Of a stretch of DNA of 58,954 bases, positions 8,950 to 16,750 are shown in pieces. Each line of letters starts with the position of its first letter. Position 1 is the first letter of the stretch. The notes beneath the pieces were generated by a model that worked only from the letters and a program-made list of their open reading frames with translations, was not told where the DNA came from and made no database searches. The stretch lies in IMG/VR virus record IMGVR_UViG_3300045253_000079, positions 1 through 58,954 of that record. One strand, 5' to 3'. The stretch comes from a virus (lineage: Duplodnaviria > Caudoviricetes). The translations under genes were made by a program, and so were the position numbers.

Positions 8950-9471
8950 TTACTTGGCGACCCAGCCGGTGTTGCCAGCACCCGATTCCTTCACGTACAG
9001 GGTGGTGCTGGCGCCGCCATTGGTGCGCAGGAACAGCGTGCCGACCGGCGCAGTGACCGCGGCCTCGGGGGTGCCGGCACCCGTCTGCACGAGCGCGGCA
9101 ACAGCCGTGGCGGAGACGTAGGCTACCCAGCCGGTGTTGCCGGCGCCGGTTTCCTTGACATAGATCGAGGTGCCGGCACCGCCGTTGGAACGCTGGTAGA
9201 CCGAGCCGACAGGAGCGGTAACGGCGCCCTCGGGCGTACCCGAGCCGCGGAAGAACACGGTGCCCGGGGAATTGGCGTAGTTGACCCAGCCGGTGTTGGT
9301 GTTGTCGCCGGTTTCCTTGACCCAGATCGTGTTGCCGGTGGCGGCATCGGTCTGGACGTACTTCTCGCCGATCTTGCCGGTGACAACGGAGTTCGGGGAC
9401 CCCGTACCGAAGCGGGAGCGGACGCGCTTGAGGTCGACTTCCATCTGGCGGAAGTGGGTGTGTCCGGACAT
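8950..9471 (-). CDS. virion protein built from three GxGxP...VKExG..NTGW repeats
   Basis: ATG 9471 with AGGAGA SD; three ~50-aa tandem repeats, each ending NTGWV. Confidence 0.75.
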   Translation of the reverse strand: MSGHTHFRQMEVDLKRVRSRFGTGSPNSVVTGKIGEKYVQTDAATGNTIWVKETGDNTNTGWVNYANSPGTVFFRGSGTPEGAVTAPVGSVYQRSNGGAGTSIYVKETGAGNTGWVAYVSATAVAALVQTGAGTPEAAVTAPVGTLFLRTNGGASTTLYVKESGAGNTGWVAK

Positions 9472-9490
9472 GACGTTTCTCCTAGGAGAG

Positions 9491-9688
9491 GTGAGGAGCG
9501 GGGTGGTTGCGTGGGTAAGACTGCGCGCTTTGTGTGAGGGGGTCAAGGGGTCGGCTCTGGTAGGCCAGTCCAAGTCGGCTGCGACCATCACCGTTCCGCG
9601 CAACCTCGATGCCGACGATTGGGAGATGGTCAAGATGATGTTGGAGACGTACATCATCCGCATGCAGAAGAGGAGTCCCAAGAAATGA
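9491..9688 (+). CDS. small hypothetical protein (start uncertain)
   Basis: GTG after AGGAGA; protein-like C-terminus (ITVPRNLDADDWEMVKMMLETY). Confidence 0.4.
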   Translation: MRSGVVAWVRLRALCEGVKGSALVGQSKSAATITVPRNLDADDWEMVKMMLETYIIRMQKRSPKK

Positions 9689-9722
9689 AAAAGCCCGGCA
9701 AGCTCTGAATAGCTTGCCGGGC
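9688..9722 (-). terminator. intrinsic terminator
   Basis: 12-bp perfect stem GCCCGGCAAGCT/AGCTTGCCGGGC with an A-run on the left, giving a U-tract on the minus strand. Confidence 0.7.
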
Positions 9723-9745
9723 CAGATCACAAACTTTATAGCAAT

Positions 9746-9831
9746 GCCCGTGTGGCGAAACTGGTAGACGCAGCGGTCTTTAAAACCGACTCCTGGCAGG
9801 GAAATTGCGGGTTCGAGCCCCGCCACGGGCA
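9746..9831 (+). tRNA. Leu-type (long variable arm) tRNA with anticodon UUA = ochre suppressor
   Basis: Acceptor GCCCGTG/CACGGGC plus A73; D-arm GCG-AAACTGGTAGA-CGC; anticodon stem CGGT/ACCG around loop CTTTAAA; long variable arm; T-arm GCGGG-TTCGAGC-CCCGC; CCA not encoded. Confidence 0.88.
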
Positions 9832-10134
9832 CATCACACTTGCTGCTGACATGGTAGCGAGGGCGTCCCTCTGTCCCTACAAAGTCAGGTCGTGGCCGAC
9901 TGCCGGATAGTAGCATTTCCGGGCCTTGTAGGCCAGTCCTGTACCTCAGTCCTTAAATCGGTATATGGAGGGGCTTGTTTTTTTCTGGGAAAAATCTCTG
10001 CGCTACGTAAAAGGGGGGTGCCGGCCCCTCAGCCTCGTGGTCCCTCATACCCCCCGGGTGGGGGCCTGTGCTCTTGGCTCACCGCATCGCACGCATCGTC
10101 TCCACGCGCTGCGGGGCCGTCAGCTCCGCGCGCG

Positions 10135-10151
10135 GTTATGCCGGGCATAAC
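10135..10151. promoter_or_regulatory. 17-bp palindrome copy 1 (GTTATGCCGGGCATAAC)
   Basis: Direct read; covers the -35 position of a TATAAT at 10164-10169. Confidence 0.85.
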
Positions 10152-10217
10152 TACGTGGTTCCGTATAATGGTCTTACTGGAGCACATCCCGTGCACAGTG
10201 AACCCTTGGAGAACATC

Positions 10218-11120
10218 ATGTCCGCCACGAAAACCCCGCTCGTTTCGTCGATTCAACCCGCGAATCCCAACGCGCCGGCATACATCGCGACTCCCGGTCA
10301 CAAGCAACGCATGACCGAACAGGCTCGGGAAGCCGCTGCAATCCTCGCAGGTGAATCTGTGCTCGGTCGCGCGTACCTTATCGGCGTCCGCTCCGCCATC
10401 GCGCACGGCCCGCTGTTGCCCGCGGAGCGCGCAGACTTCACCGGAAAATGGGAAACGAAGTCTGCAACGGACAAGACGCTGGTACCGTCTGGCGCGTGCG
10501 ATTCCTACGTGTCGCGCGTCAACACCGGACCGAAGGCAGCCAAGATCATTGGCCAGAAAAACGCGCTGGCGATCGTCGACTCGATCGAAAAGTCCCCGCC
10601 CATCGGGGTCAGGATGTATGAAGCCTGTGCGGTTGCGTTCCGCGCGATTGTCGCGGCCGCGAAGGACGACGGCGACACGACGAAGGCTAGCGCGCCGCAA
10701 GTCGTCGCGTTCACGGCCGCCGCGCGCGATGCGGTAAAAGCCCGCGTTGCCAAGCTCGCGAACGAGGACAAGACCGCGAAGACCACGCGCAAGCCTGCGA
10801 CCACAGCCAGCGCCAGCGTCACGCTCGCACCGTGCGCTCTCGCGGTCGCCGATGCCTGCCGCAAGTCGGAATCGGAGCTGCCGTTCGCACAGCAGCGCGC
10901 CAGCCTGCGCGCGTTGTCAGTGCAATTCGAATCGCAGTGCAAGCAAGGCATGCCGAAGCAAACGGCCGCCGTTGTCGCGCGCATCTCCGCGAGCTTCACG
11001 ACACTGTGCAAGGACTTCGGCGTTCTGGTACAGGCCGAAGGCAAGGACGCGGCGCCGCAGGACAAGCCGCAATCGCGCGGGCAAAAAGCGGCCGCAACGC
11101 GTCGCGCGAACCGCAAGTAG
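10218..11120 (+). CDS. Ala/Lys-rich hypothetical early protein (300 aa)
   Basis: GGAG SD before ATG 10218; TATAAT upstream and a terminator directly downstream. Confidence 0.75.
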   Translation: MSATKTPLVSSIQPANPNAPAYIATPGHKQRMTEQAREAAAILAGESVLGRAYLIGVRSAIAHGPLLPAERADFTGKWETKSATDKTLVPSGACDSYVSRVNTGPKAAKIIGQKNALAIVDSIEKSPPIGVRMYEACAVAFRAIVAAAKDDGDTTKASAPQVVAFTAAARDAVKARVAKLANEDKTAKTTRKPATTASASVTLAPCALAVADACRKSESELPFAQQRASLRALSVQFESQCKQGMPKQTAAVVARISASFTTLCKDFGVLVQAEGKDAAPQDKPQSRGQKAAATRRANRK

Positions 11121-11140
11121 AATCTCCCCAGTGCGAACCC

Positions 11141-11167
11141 AGCCGGCCCTTCGGGGCCGGCTTTTTT
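11141..11167 (+). terminator. intrinsic terminator
   Basis: AGCCGGCCC-TTCG-GGGCCGGCT followed by a T-run. Confidence 0.9.
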
Positions 11168-11209
11168 GTGCCCGCGTTTTGACCCTCACGCGTTCCCTGC
11201 CTGTTGGGC

Positions 11210-11225
11210 TGGCACGGTGCTTGCA
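11210..11225 (+). promoter_or_regulatory. sigma-54 (-24/-12) consensus site
   Basis: TGGCACG-GTGC-TTGCA matches TGGCACG-N4-TTGCW. Confidence 0.6.
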
Positions 11226-11254
11226 TGGCAGCGCACACGCGCTTTGCGCCCCTA

Positions 11255-11270
11255 TGCAAGCCGCGTGCCA
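11255..11270 (-). promoter_or_regulatory. sigma-54 (-24/-12) consensus site, convergent with the 11210 site
   Basis: Reverse complement reads TGGCACG-CGGC-TTGCA. Confidence 0.6.
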
Positions 11271-11379
11271 AGTGCCAATCATGACAGTTGGTTCAAGTCG
11301 CCGCGTGTGCGTTCAGTATGGTGACGACCCGTTTAACGATAATCCTGTGGCGCCAACAACTGGGCAGCAGAATGGATAG

Positions 11380-12090
11380 ATGTTAATTAACTAGGATTGG
11401 TGGGGTTTATTGGATAGACCCCTTCGATAAACTATGACAGTTTTTCGTAGTCGCGGGGTTTAGTGGCTTTAAGTTTTACATGTGAACTGTGCAGCGCGAA
11501 GTGGCGGCAGGCTCGGCAGATAAGGATAAATCATGTTATGCCTGGCATAACTGGCGTTTCAGGTGCTAAACCCAACTTCGCAGCGATCGGCTCGGTCTAT
11601 CGGCAGTAATGGCAATCGGGTGGGTTAGGAGCCGGCAGAAGATTAAATAAAGCCCTATATATATAATACTATTACTAATAAGTGTATATATATATAGATG
11701 TTATTTAAAAAAACTGAAAACGACGCTCGTGTGAGAGTTTTAATTTTTGAATATATTGACTCACAAAACGCGTTTCGTACGCCATTCTACAGCCGAGTGC
11801 GAAATCAAGAACTCCTCATCTGTTTTTGAACTTTTTCCGCCATAGTAGATACAATGTAAATATGTTCCCCCAAACCCCCCAGATCCGCTAAACCTTCCAC
11901 ACCAATCCTAGCTTTCAATATTCCCCAATAAACCCAAATATTTACTCCGTACGACGAACACAGTTGAAACCCCTCAAACATCTGTTTGAACTCCTCCCAC
12001 AAACGATTCCTTTGCCCTTTCCCAATTAGCACCGCATATTTCCAACTTCGGCCCCCAAACCAATTATTCCTTAATAAACAACCATATACG
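11380..12090. other. AT-rich non-coding region, candidate replication origin
   Basis: Sharp GC drop, (TA)n inverted repeat at 11655-11697, G/T-rich left half and C/A-rich right half, short repeats, no credible ORF. Confidence 0.55.
11535..11551. promoter_or_regulatory. 17-bp palindrome copy 2 (GTTATGCCTGGCATAAC)
   Basis: Direct read; central base T. Confidence 0.85.
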
Positions 12091-12091
12091 C

Positions 12092-12120
12092 TTGACACAA
12101 GCCTCTTGACATGCTATACT
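12092..12120 (+). promoter_or_regulatory. strong sigma-70 promoter for the early arm
   Basis: TTGACA-17 bp-TATACT with an extended -10 TG. Confidence 0.85.
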
Positions 12121-12238
12121 CCGCGCTAGAAGTGAGAGAAGTGCCTGCAAACCCACGCCATACAGCGATTCTGGAGTGGCCAACTTCGCTAACTTCTACG
12201 TCGCATGCACACAAGCCCGGCTGTGCACTCGATCTGTA

Positions 12239-12255
12239 GTTATGCCGGGCATAAC
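12239..12255. promoter_or_regulatory. 17-bp palindrome copy 3
   Basis: GTTATGCCGGGCATAAC upstream of ATG 12289. Confidence 0.85.
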
Positions 12256-12288
12256 CCTGCTGTACATTCAACCCATGGAGACACCCTC

Positions 12289-12528
12289 ATGAACACGCAT
12301 TCCGACCGCCACACGTTCCTCTGCCTCGACCCCTCGCTCAGCGTGGAGCTGGTGCAGCAGCCGCACCTCACGCGGGTGCACGACCGCTCGCCCGGTGCCG
12401 ACGCGTTCCGCAACCTGCTGGGCACGATCGCACCCGATGTGCTCGACGCGCTCTGGGAGATGCACGGTGACAACCCGTCCGAGTTCTGCCGCTGCGTCCG
12501 CATGCTGACCACGCGCCGCGTCCGCTGA
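12289..12528 (+). CDS. hypothetical protein (79 aa)
   Basis: GGAG SD; GC3-rich codons. Confidence 0.6.
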   Translation: MNTHSDRHTFLCLDPSLSVELVQQPHLTRVHDRSPGADAFRNLLGTIAPDVLDALWEMHGDNPSEFCRCVRMLTTRRVR

Positions 12529-12596
12529 CGCGGGCCGACCCCTCCATCCCCTGCGCGGTGGGGCGCGCACTACGAACCCTGCTTGGGAGTACAACC

Positions 12597-12704
12597 ATGA
12601 TCGCGCTTTACTACATCCTGTGGTACGCGTTGACGTACCTGTTGTGGGCGGTCGTCACCTATCGCATCGGCGCCCTGATCGTCGATGCGTACGACCGCAG
12701 CTGA
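12597..12704 (+). CDS. 35-aa single-TM membrane peptide (absent from the ORF track)
   Basis: GGGAG SD; MIALYYILWYALTYLLWAVVTYRIGALIVDAYDRS. Confidence 0.6.
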   Translation: MIALYYILWYALTYLLWAVVTYRIGALIVDAYDRS

Positions 12705-12775
12705 CCCACCCCCCATAGCGCATGGCATCCTGCTGTGCGCTTCACTGTGTCTGCTGCTGTTCCAACCCCACCCCG

Positions 12776-12792
12776 GTTATGCCGGGCATAAC
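12776..12792. promoter_or_regulatory. 17-bp palindrome copy 4
   Basis: GTTATGCCGGGCATAAC upstream of ATG 12822. Confidence 0.85.
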
Positions 12793-12821
12793 CCCACCTC
12801 CACAGTATGGAGAATCGAACC

Positions 12822-13250
12822 ATGAACGCATCCTCGAACCTTCGTAACAACTCTGCGCGCAGGACCTATGTGCTCCTGCTGCGCATGACAGATCGCCGCG
12901 TCGCGCATGCCGTGGCGCAGCTGCACGCGCTGTACTCCCCGCGCATCCGCGTGCTGCTGTACGACAACCCGCTCACGGCCGAGTTCCACCGTGTGTACGA
13001 CGAGTGGTCGGCCCAGCTGGACGCTGTGAACGCGGCGGCGATGGCCGATCGGCACTGGCTGCGGCTGTCGCTGATGAAGGGCGCGTTGGCGCCGCCCGAG
13101 CCCGTGTACGCGCCCAAGACGGCAGCCGTGCGCGCAGCGGCGCTGGACGCTGGCTGCACGGTGCGTGAGCTGCCGCTGTTCCGCTTGGCGGACGACTACA
13201 TCGTCGACACGCAGCTGCTCGCAGCGTTCGGGGGAGCGTGCTGTGCGTAG
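12822..13250 (+). CDS. hypothetical protein
   Basis: GGAG SD and AACCATG start. Confidence 0.6.
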   Translation: MNASSNLRNNSARRTYVLLLRMTDRRVAHAVAQLHALYSPRIRVLLYDNPLTAEFHRVYDEWSAQLDAVNAAAMADRHWLRLSLMKGALAPPEPVYAPKTAAVRAAALDAGCTVRELPLFRLADDYIVDTQLLAAFGGACCA

Positions 13251-13548
13251 GCGGCTGCTGCTCGACGGCACCGCTGCATCCGCGCTCGACTCGGCCACGC
13301 GCGACGTGCAGGAGGTGTTCGCGCGTCAGTACCTGCTCGTGTGCCTGCTTGTGCTGGCACATGGGCTCGACCCCGCCACCGCTTGGCAGGAGAGCACAGA
13401 GGGTTTGCGCGTGGCGGACAGCAGCAACCATCGGCCCGACTACGACGCGGAGGTCGACGTGGGTTTGAACGGCGGCAGGGCGACGCAGGGATGGTGGTAT
13501 TCGTTCGAGGTTATGCCGGGCATAACCGAGGAGAGTGATCATGGCTAG
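13243..13548 (+). CDS. hypothetical protein
   Basis: GTG after GGGGAG, overlapping the upstream stop; its tail runs through palindrome copy 5. Confidence 0.5.
   Translation: MRRRLLLDGTAASALDSATRDVQEVFARQYLLVCLLVLAHGLDPATAWQESTEGLRVADSSNHRPDYDAEVDVGLNGGRATQGWWYSFEVMPGITEESDHG
13510..13526. promoter_or_regulatory. 17-bp palindrome copy 5
   Basis: GTTATGCCGGGCATAAC. Confidence 0.85.
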
Positions 13549-13648
13549 GATCAACATGACGCCGAGGGTCGACAGCACGTACGGTGCACCGACGCACCAC
13601 AGTAGGTGATATGCTGCACCACAAACTTCCAACCATGAGGGGAAAACC

Positions 13649-14083
13649 ATGTACTCACACCTGACCCAAAGAAAGTCCAAGCTGTGGCTGTTCGACCTGA
13701 CCGGCCGTTACTGGTTCGTCGAGGTCGAGTCCGGACGCGCGGTGATGATCGAAAACGCGGACAACGACTCGGACTACCAGATCCCGCCCGGCCGCATCCA
13801 GCTGTTCGCTACGGACGGCAACGACAACGTGGAGCCGCTGTCGGCGCTGCTGCACGACCAGCCGGTGCGGATCACCTCGCATGGGTACATCATCGTGCAC
13901 GACGAGCGCGGTGCCGACTACCTGCTGCGCCTGCTCAAGCCGGTCGACCCGGCGCGGCTGGAGTGGACGTGGCAGCGATGGCTGACCACGTTCCTGATGA
14001 TGGGCGTGCTCGTGTTCGGGTTCGTGCTCGCGACCCAGCGCGCGTTCGAGATCGCGGTCGGCGCGTCGCTGCCGGTGCATTGA
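13649..14083 (+). CDS. hypothetical protein with C-terminal TM helix
   Basis: GAGGGG SD; hydrophobic segment FLMMGVLVFGFVLA. Confidence 0.65.
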   Translation: MYSHLTQRKSKLWLFDLTGRYWFVEVESGRAVMIENADNDSDYQIPPGRIQLFATDGNDNVEPLSALLHDQPVRITSHGYIIVHDERGADYLLRLLKPVDPARLEWTWQRWLTTFLMMGVLVFGFVLATQRAFEIAVGASLPVH

Positions 14084-14084
14084 C

Positions 14085-14456
14085 GTGTCGGTCGCCCATG
14101 AAGTGTCGTGGCTGGAGCTGCGCGTGATGGCGGCGCAGCTGGGCATGCGCGAGGTGTTGCAGGTGTTCGCCAGCACGGCCAAGCCGACGGGTATCTGGGT
14201 CGACAGCAGGGCTGTCGTGGGCTGCTGCATGGGGTTGGTCGACTGGCAGGCGCGCACGTGGGAGCGCATCGAGGACATGTACACGCTCTCGGACTACGTG
14301 CTCAAGGCGCGCGTGCTGCGGTTCGACGAGATACCCTCGTCGATGCAGACGCAGATGTGCGACCCGTGCGGCAGGTATCTGAACGTGCATCCGGGTTGGG
14401 ATCATGCGCGTGCGAAGCTGCTGGAGTTCTCGCGCGCAGGGAGGTTGCCATGGTAA
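14085..14456 (+). CDS. Cys-containing hypothetical protein, possible divergent member of the paralog array
   Basis: WLELRVMAAQ ... CC ... CDPC. Confidence 0.55.
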   Translation: MSVAHEVSWLELRVMAAQLGMREVLQVFASTAKPTGIWVDSRAVVGCCMGLVDWQARTWERIEDMYTLSDYVLKARVLRFDEIPSSMQTQMCDPCGRYLNVHPGWDHARAKLLEFSRAGRLPW

Positions 14457-14869
14457 AGCATGACAGTGGCGCGCTCCTGCTGGCGCGCACGCAGGAGAAC
14501 GGTGGCGCGGGCGAGTTCCTCGACGAGCTCACCCTCGCCGTGTTCCTCGCCCAAGCTGACCCGCGCTCGCGCGTGCACGTCGCGATGCGGGCCATCGACC
14601 ATCACGTCGTGTACTGCATCCGGCACTTTGCGATCGTGAACGGTTTCCTGCAGCAGGGCAGCGGTACGCCCTACGAGACCAACGCGCTGGCCGACTACAA
14701 GGCGTGCCGGCCGGATGGGATGCTGGTGTTGCGTCGGCACGAGCAGGCGCTGGAGTTCCTGCGGAGCCACAACAAGCTGAAAGTGTTGTGCGTGTACCCG
14801 CTGGACGAAGGTCCGCGGTGCGTCCGCTGCACGCCGCCGGTTATGCCCGGCATAACGAAGGGAGTTTGA
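14450..14869 (+). CDS. CxxH/CxxC paralog array member
   Basis: GGAGG SD; LDELTLAVFLAQA ... YCIRHF ... CVRC. Confidence 0.65.
   Translation: MVKHDSGALLLARTQENGGAGEFLDELTLAVFLAQADPRSRVHVAMRAIDHHVVYCIRHFAIVNGFLQQGSGTPYETNALADYKACRPDGMLVLRRHEQALEFLRSHNKLKVLCVYPLDEGPRCVRCTPPVMPGITKGV
14840..14856. promoter_or_regulatory. 17-bp palindrome copy 6 (GTTATGCCCGGCATAAC)
   Basis: Direct read. Confidence 0.85.
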
Positions 14870-14872
14870 ACC

Positions 14873-15316
14873 ATGATGCAGAAGAAAGGCAGGCTGCCCA
14901 CCCTCGACGACCTGACGCTGGCCGTGCTCGCCACGCAGGCGCTGCCGACGCACATCGTGGTGTTCTCGCGGCCTGAGAGCACGACGGTGCGCAGGCTGTG
15001 CACGAAGCACTTCATGCAGCGGATGCAGGGTTACTACAACACGCCGCCGGGCGTGCTTACGCTACGTCGAACGTGCGACATCATGGCCAGCAAAGGCTGG
15101 TACGTGCACAACATCGTGCCCGGCTGTGCAGATTCATGCTGCCCCTGCCAGAAAGCTGCATACGGCAAGCGCGGCATGCGGCTGAGGCTGGCGAAGAACG
15201 AGCGGGACGCGGTGCGGTTCGCGAGTCTGCCGACCGGCAAGAACGCTGTGCTGTCTAAGTATGGCAGGAGCGCCGGCTGGGTTACGTCCACGTACCGCAC
15301 GCCGAGGACATACTGA
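14873..15316 (+). CDS. CxxH/CxxC paralog array member
   Basis: LDDLTLAVLATQA ... LCTKHF ... CCPC. Confidence 0.65.
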   Translation: MMQKKGRLPTLDDLTLAVLATQALPTHIVVFSRPESTTVRRLCTKHFMQRMQGYYNTPPGVLTLRRTCDIMASKGWYVHNIVPGCADSCCPCQKAAYGKRGMRLRLAKNERDAVRFASLPTGKNAVLSKYGRSAGWVTSTYRTPRTY

Positions 15317-15645
15317 TGAACGACCTCGAACTCGCTGTTGCGGTGGCGCAAGCCGAGCCATCGGACATGGTGGTGTACCGGCGCGGGAAGGATCCATACC
15401 CGGGATTCGATCCGCTCGACCGCCACTGCTTCGCCCACTTCATGGTGCAGGTGGTGAGCGGAGCACCGCTCAATGGTGACCCCGTGCAGCACGTACTGTG
15501 GCGCGTGCACAAGTGCGACTGGAGGGTCACAAGCATCTGCAGGAACGCGGCGTACGCCTGCACGCTGTGCCACGAGAAGATCATCCAGCAGAAGGATCCG
15601 CTGTGGGAGGTAACGGCCTCATGGCAAAGCCGGCTCAAGGGCTAG
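15316..15645 (+). CDS. CxxH/CxxC paralog array member
   Basis: NDLELAVAVAQA ... HCFAHF ... CTLC. Confidence 0.65.
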   Translation: MNDLELAVAVAQAEPSDMVVYRRGKDPYPGFDPLDRHCFAHFMVQVVSGAPLNGDPVQHVLWRVHKCDWRVTSICRNAAYACTLCHEKIIQQKDPLWEVTASWQSRLKG

Positions 15646-15929
15646 ACCCGCTCACGTTTGCGGTGGAGTGCGCGCAGCGTGGCGGTGCGGAGAAGTGCGT
15701 GTTCCTGTTCCCGGCAGGGCTGCGGGTTAACGTCCTTGGAACAGAGGCGCTGGCCAAGCCAACGTGGTACTGCCTTCGCCACATCCCCGGCGTAATGCTG
15801 GGGGCTGGTCTGCGCTATGGCCCGGGCGCAGTAGCAGCGCATCTGCTGGACAACCAGACGCAGCTGTTCCCTGTTCTGGAGGTTGACTACAAAGACGGGT
15901 TGTATGTACGTTGTGCAAGCTGCCGGTAG
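15621..15929 (+). CDS. CxxH/CxxC paralog array member
   Basis: GGAGG SD; LDPLTFAVECAQ ... YCLRHI ... CASC. Confidence 0.65.
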   Translation: MAKPAQGLDPLTFAVECAQRGGAEKCVFLFPAGLRVNVLGTEALAKPTWYCLRHIPGVMLGAGLRYGPGAVAAHLLDNQTQLFPVLEVDYKDGLYVRCASCR

Positions 15930-15945
15930 TTATGCCCGGCATAAC
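15929..15945. promoter_or_regulatory. 17-bp palindrome copy 7
   Basis: GTTATGCCCGGCATAAC sharing its first base with the TAG stop. Confidence 0.85.
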
Positions 15946-15965
15946 TTTCAAACCATGAGGAGTGT

Positions 15966-16730
15966 GTGATGGATACTTACACCGATGCACAGATGCGCCT
16001 GATCGACGAGCATCGCGACATCAACGTCGACTACGAGAGCTGGAGCTCGTACATCACCGACGCGTTCAAGGAACTGCTGACCAAGTTCGGCATCCCGGTG
16101 AGCGACGTGTACTGGTCCGGGTTCTGGAGCCAAGGCGACGGCGCGAGTTTCGACACCAACGGTGCGTTCACCATCGCGGATCTGGTGGATGCGTGGGAGC
16201 TGCGCAAGTTCGAGGCCGTGCACTGCTCGGACAGCGAGGGTGCACGAGAGCTTGCGTGGTTCGTGGAGCCGCCCAAGGACTACCCCCTGCTCAAGCTGCT
16301 GCAGGATCAAGCGCAGCACTACGCACTCAAGTACGCCGCGTATCTGATGGTTAAGGAAACGCGCGACGTGATCGAGCAATGCGAGTTCAGGGTCAACGCG
16401 CGCAGCAACCACTACTCGCACAGCGGTACGATGTTCCTCGACTGGGAGGACCGTAACACGTGGCGAGAGGACGACAACTCAGGGCTGGACGAGGATGTGC
16501 ACAACAGCCTGTGCGATCTGCTGGCCGACGAGGAAAAGCCCCTGCAAGACTGGCTCCGTGAACTCGCCGACGCGCTGTACCGTGAGCTCGAATCCGAACA
16601 CGAATACCAGACCAGCGACGAGCAGGTTTGGGAGAGTATCGTCGCCAACGACATGCACCTCGATCTTGAGGACGATGACGCTGACGAAGATGAAAGTGCG
16701 ACACAGCCTGCCATCCCGGCAGCAGCCTAA
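15966..16730 (+). CDS. acidic conserved phage/mobile-element protein (SGFWSQGDGA motif)
   Basis: VYWSGFWSQGDGASF and LYRELESEHEY resemble a recurrent mobile-element family; function unknown. Confidence 0.7.
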   Translation: MMDTYTDAQMRLIDEHRDINVDYESWSSYITDAFKELLTKFGIPVSDVYWSGFWSQGDGASFDTNGAFTIADLVDAWELRKFEAVHCSDSEGARELAWFVEPPKDYPLLKLLQDQAQHYALKYAAYLMVKETRDVIEQCEFRVNARSNHYSHSGTMFLDWEDRNTWREDDNSGLDEDVHNSLCDLLADEEKPLQDWLRELADALYRELESEHEYQTSDEQVWESIVANDMHLDLEDDDADEDESATQPAIPAAA

Positions 16731-16750
16731 CCAACTCAGGAGTTAAAACC

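Noticed and set aside
5927-9471. Diversity-generating retroelement or invertible tail-fibre cassette
   Set aside because: No reverse transcriptase or invertase, and no template/variable repeat pair seen; the repeats are in-frame protein repeats.
7531-9537. 668-aa plus-strand ORF
   Set aside because: Arg-rich antisense shadow of the tailspike genes, expected at high GC.
11805-12098. 97-aa minus-strand ORF in the AT-rich region
   Set aside because: Composition is unlike the other genes, it overlaps the promoter and repeats, and it has no recognisable motif.
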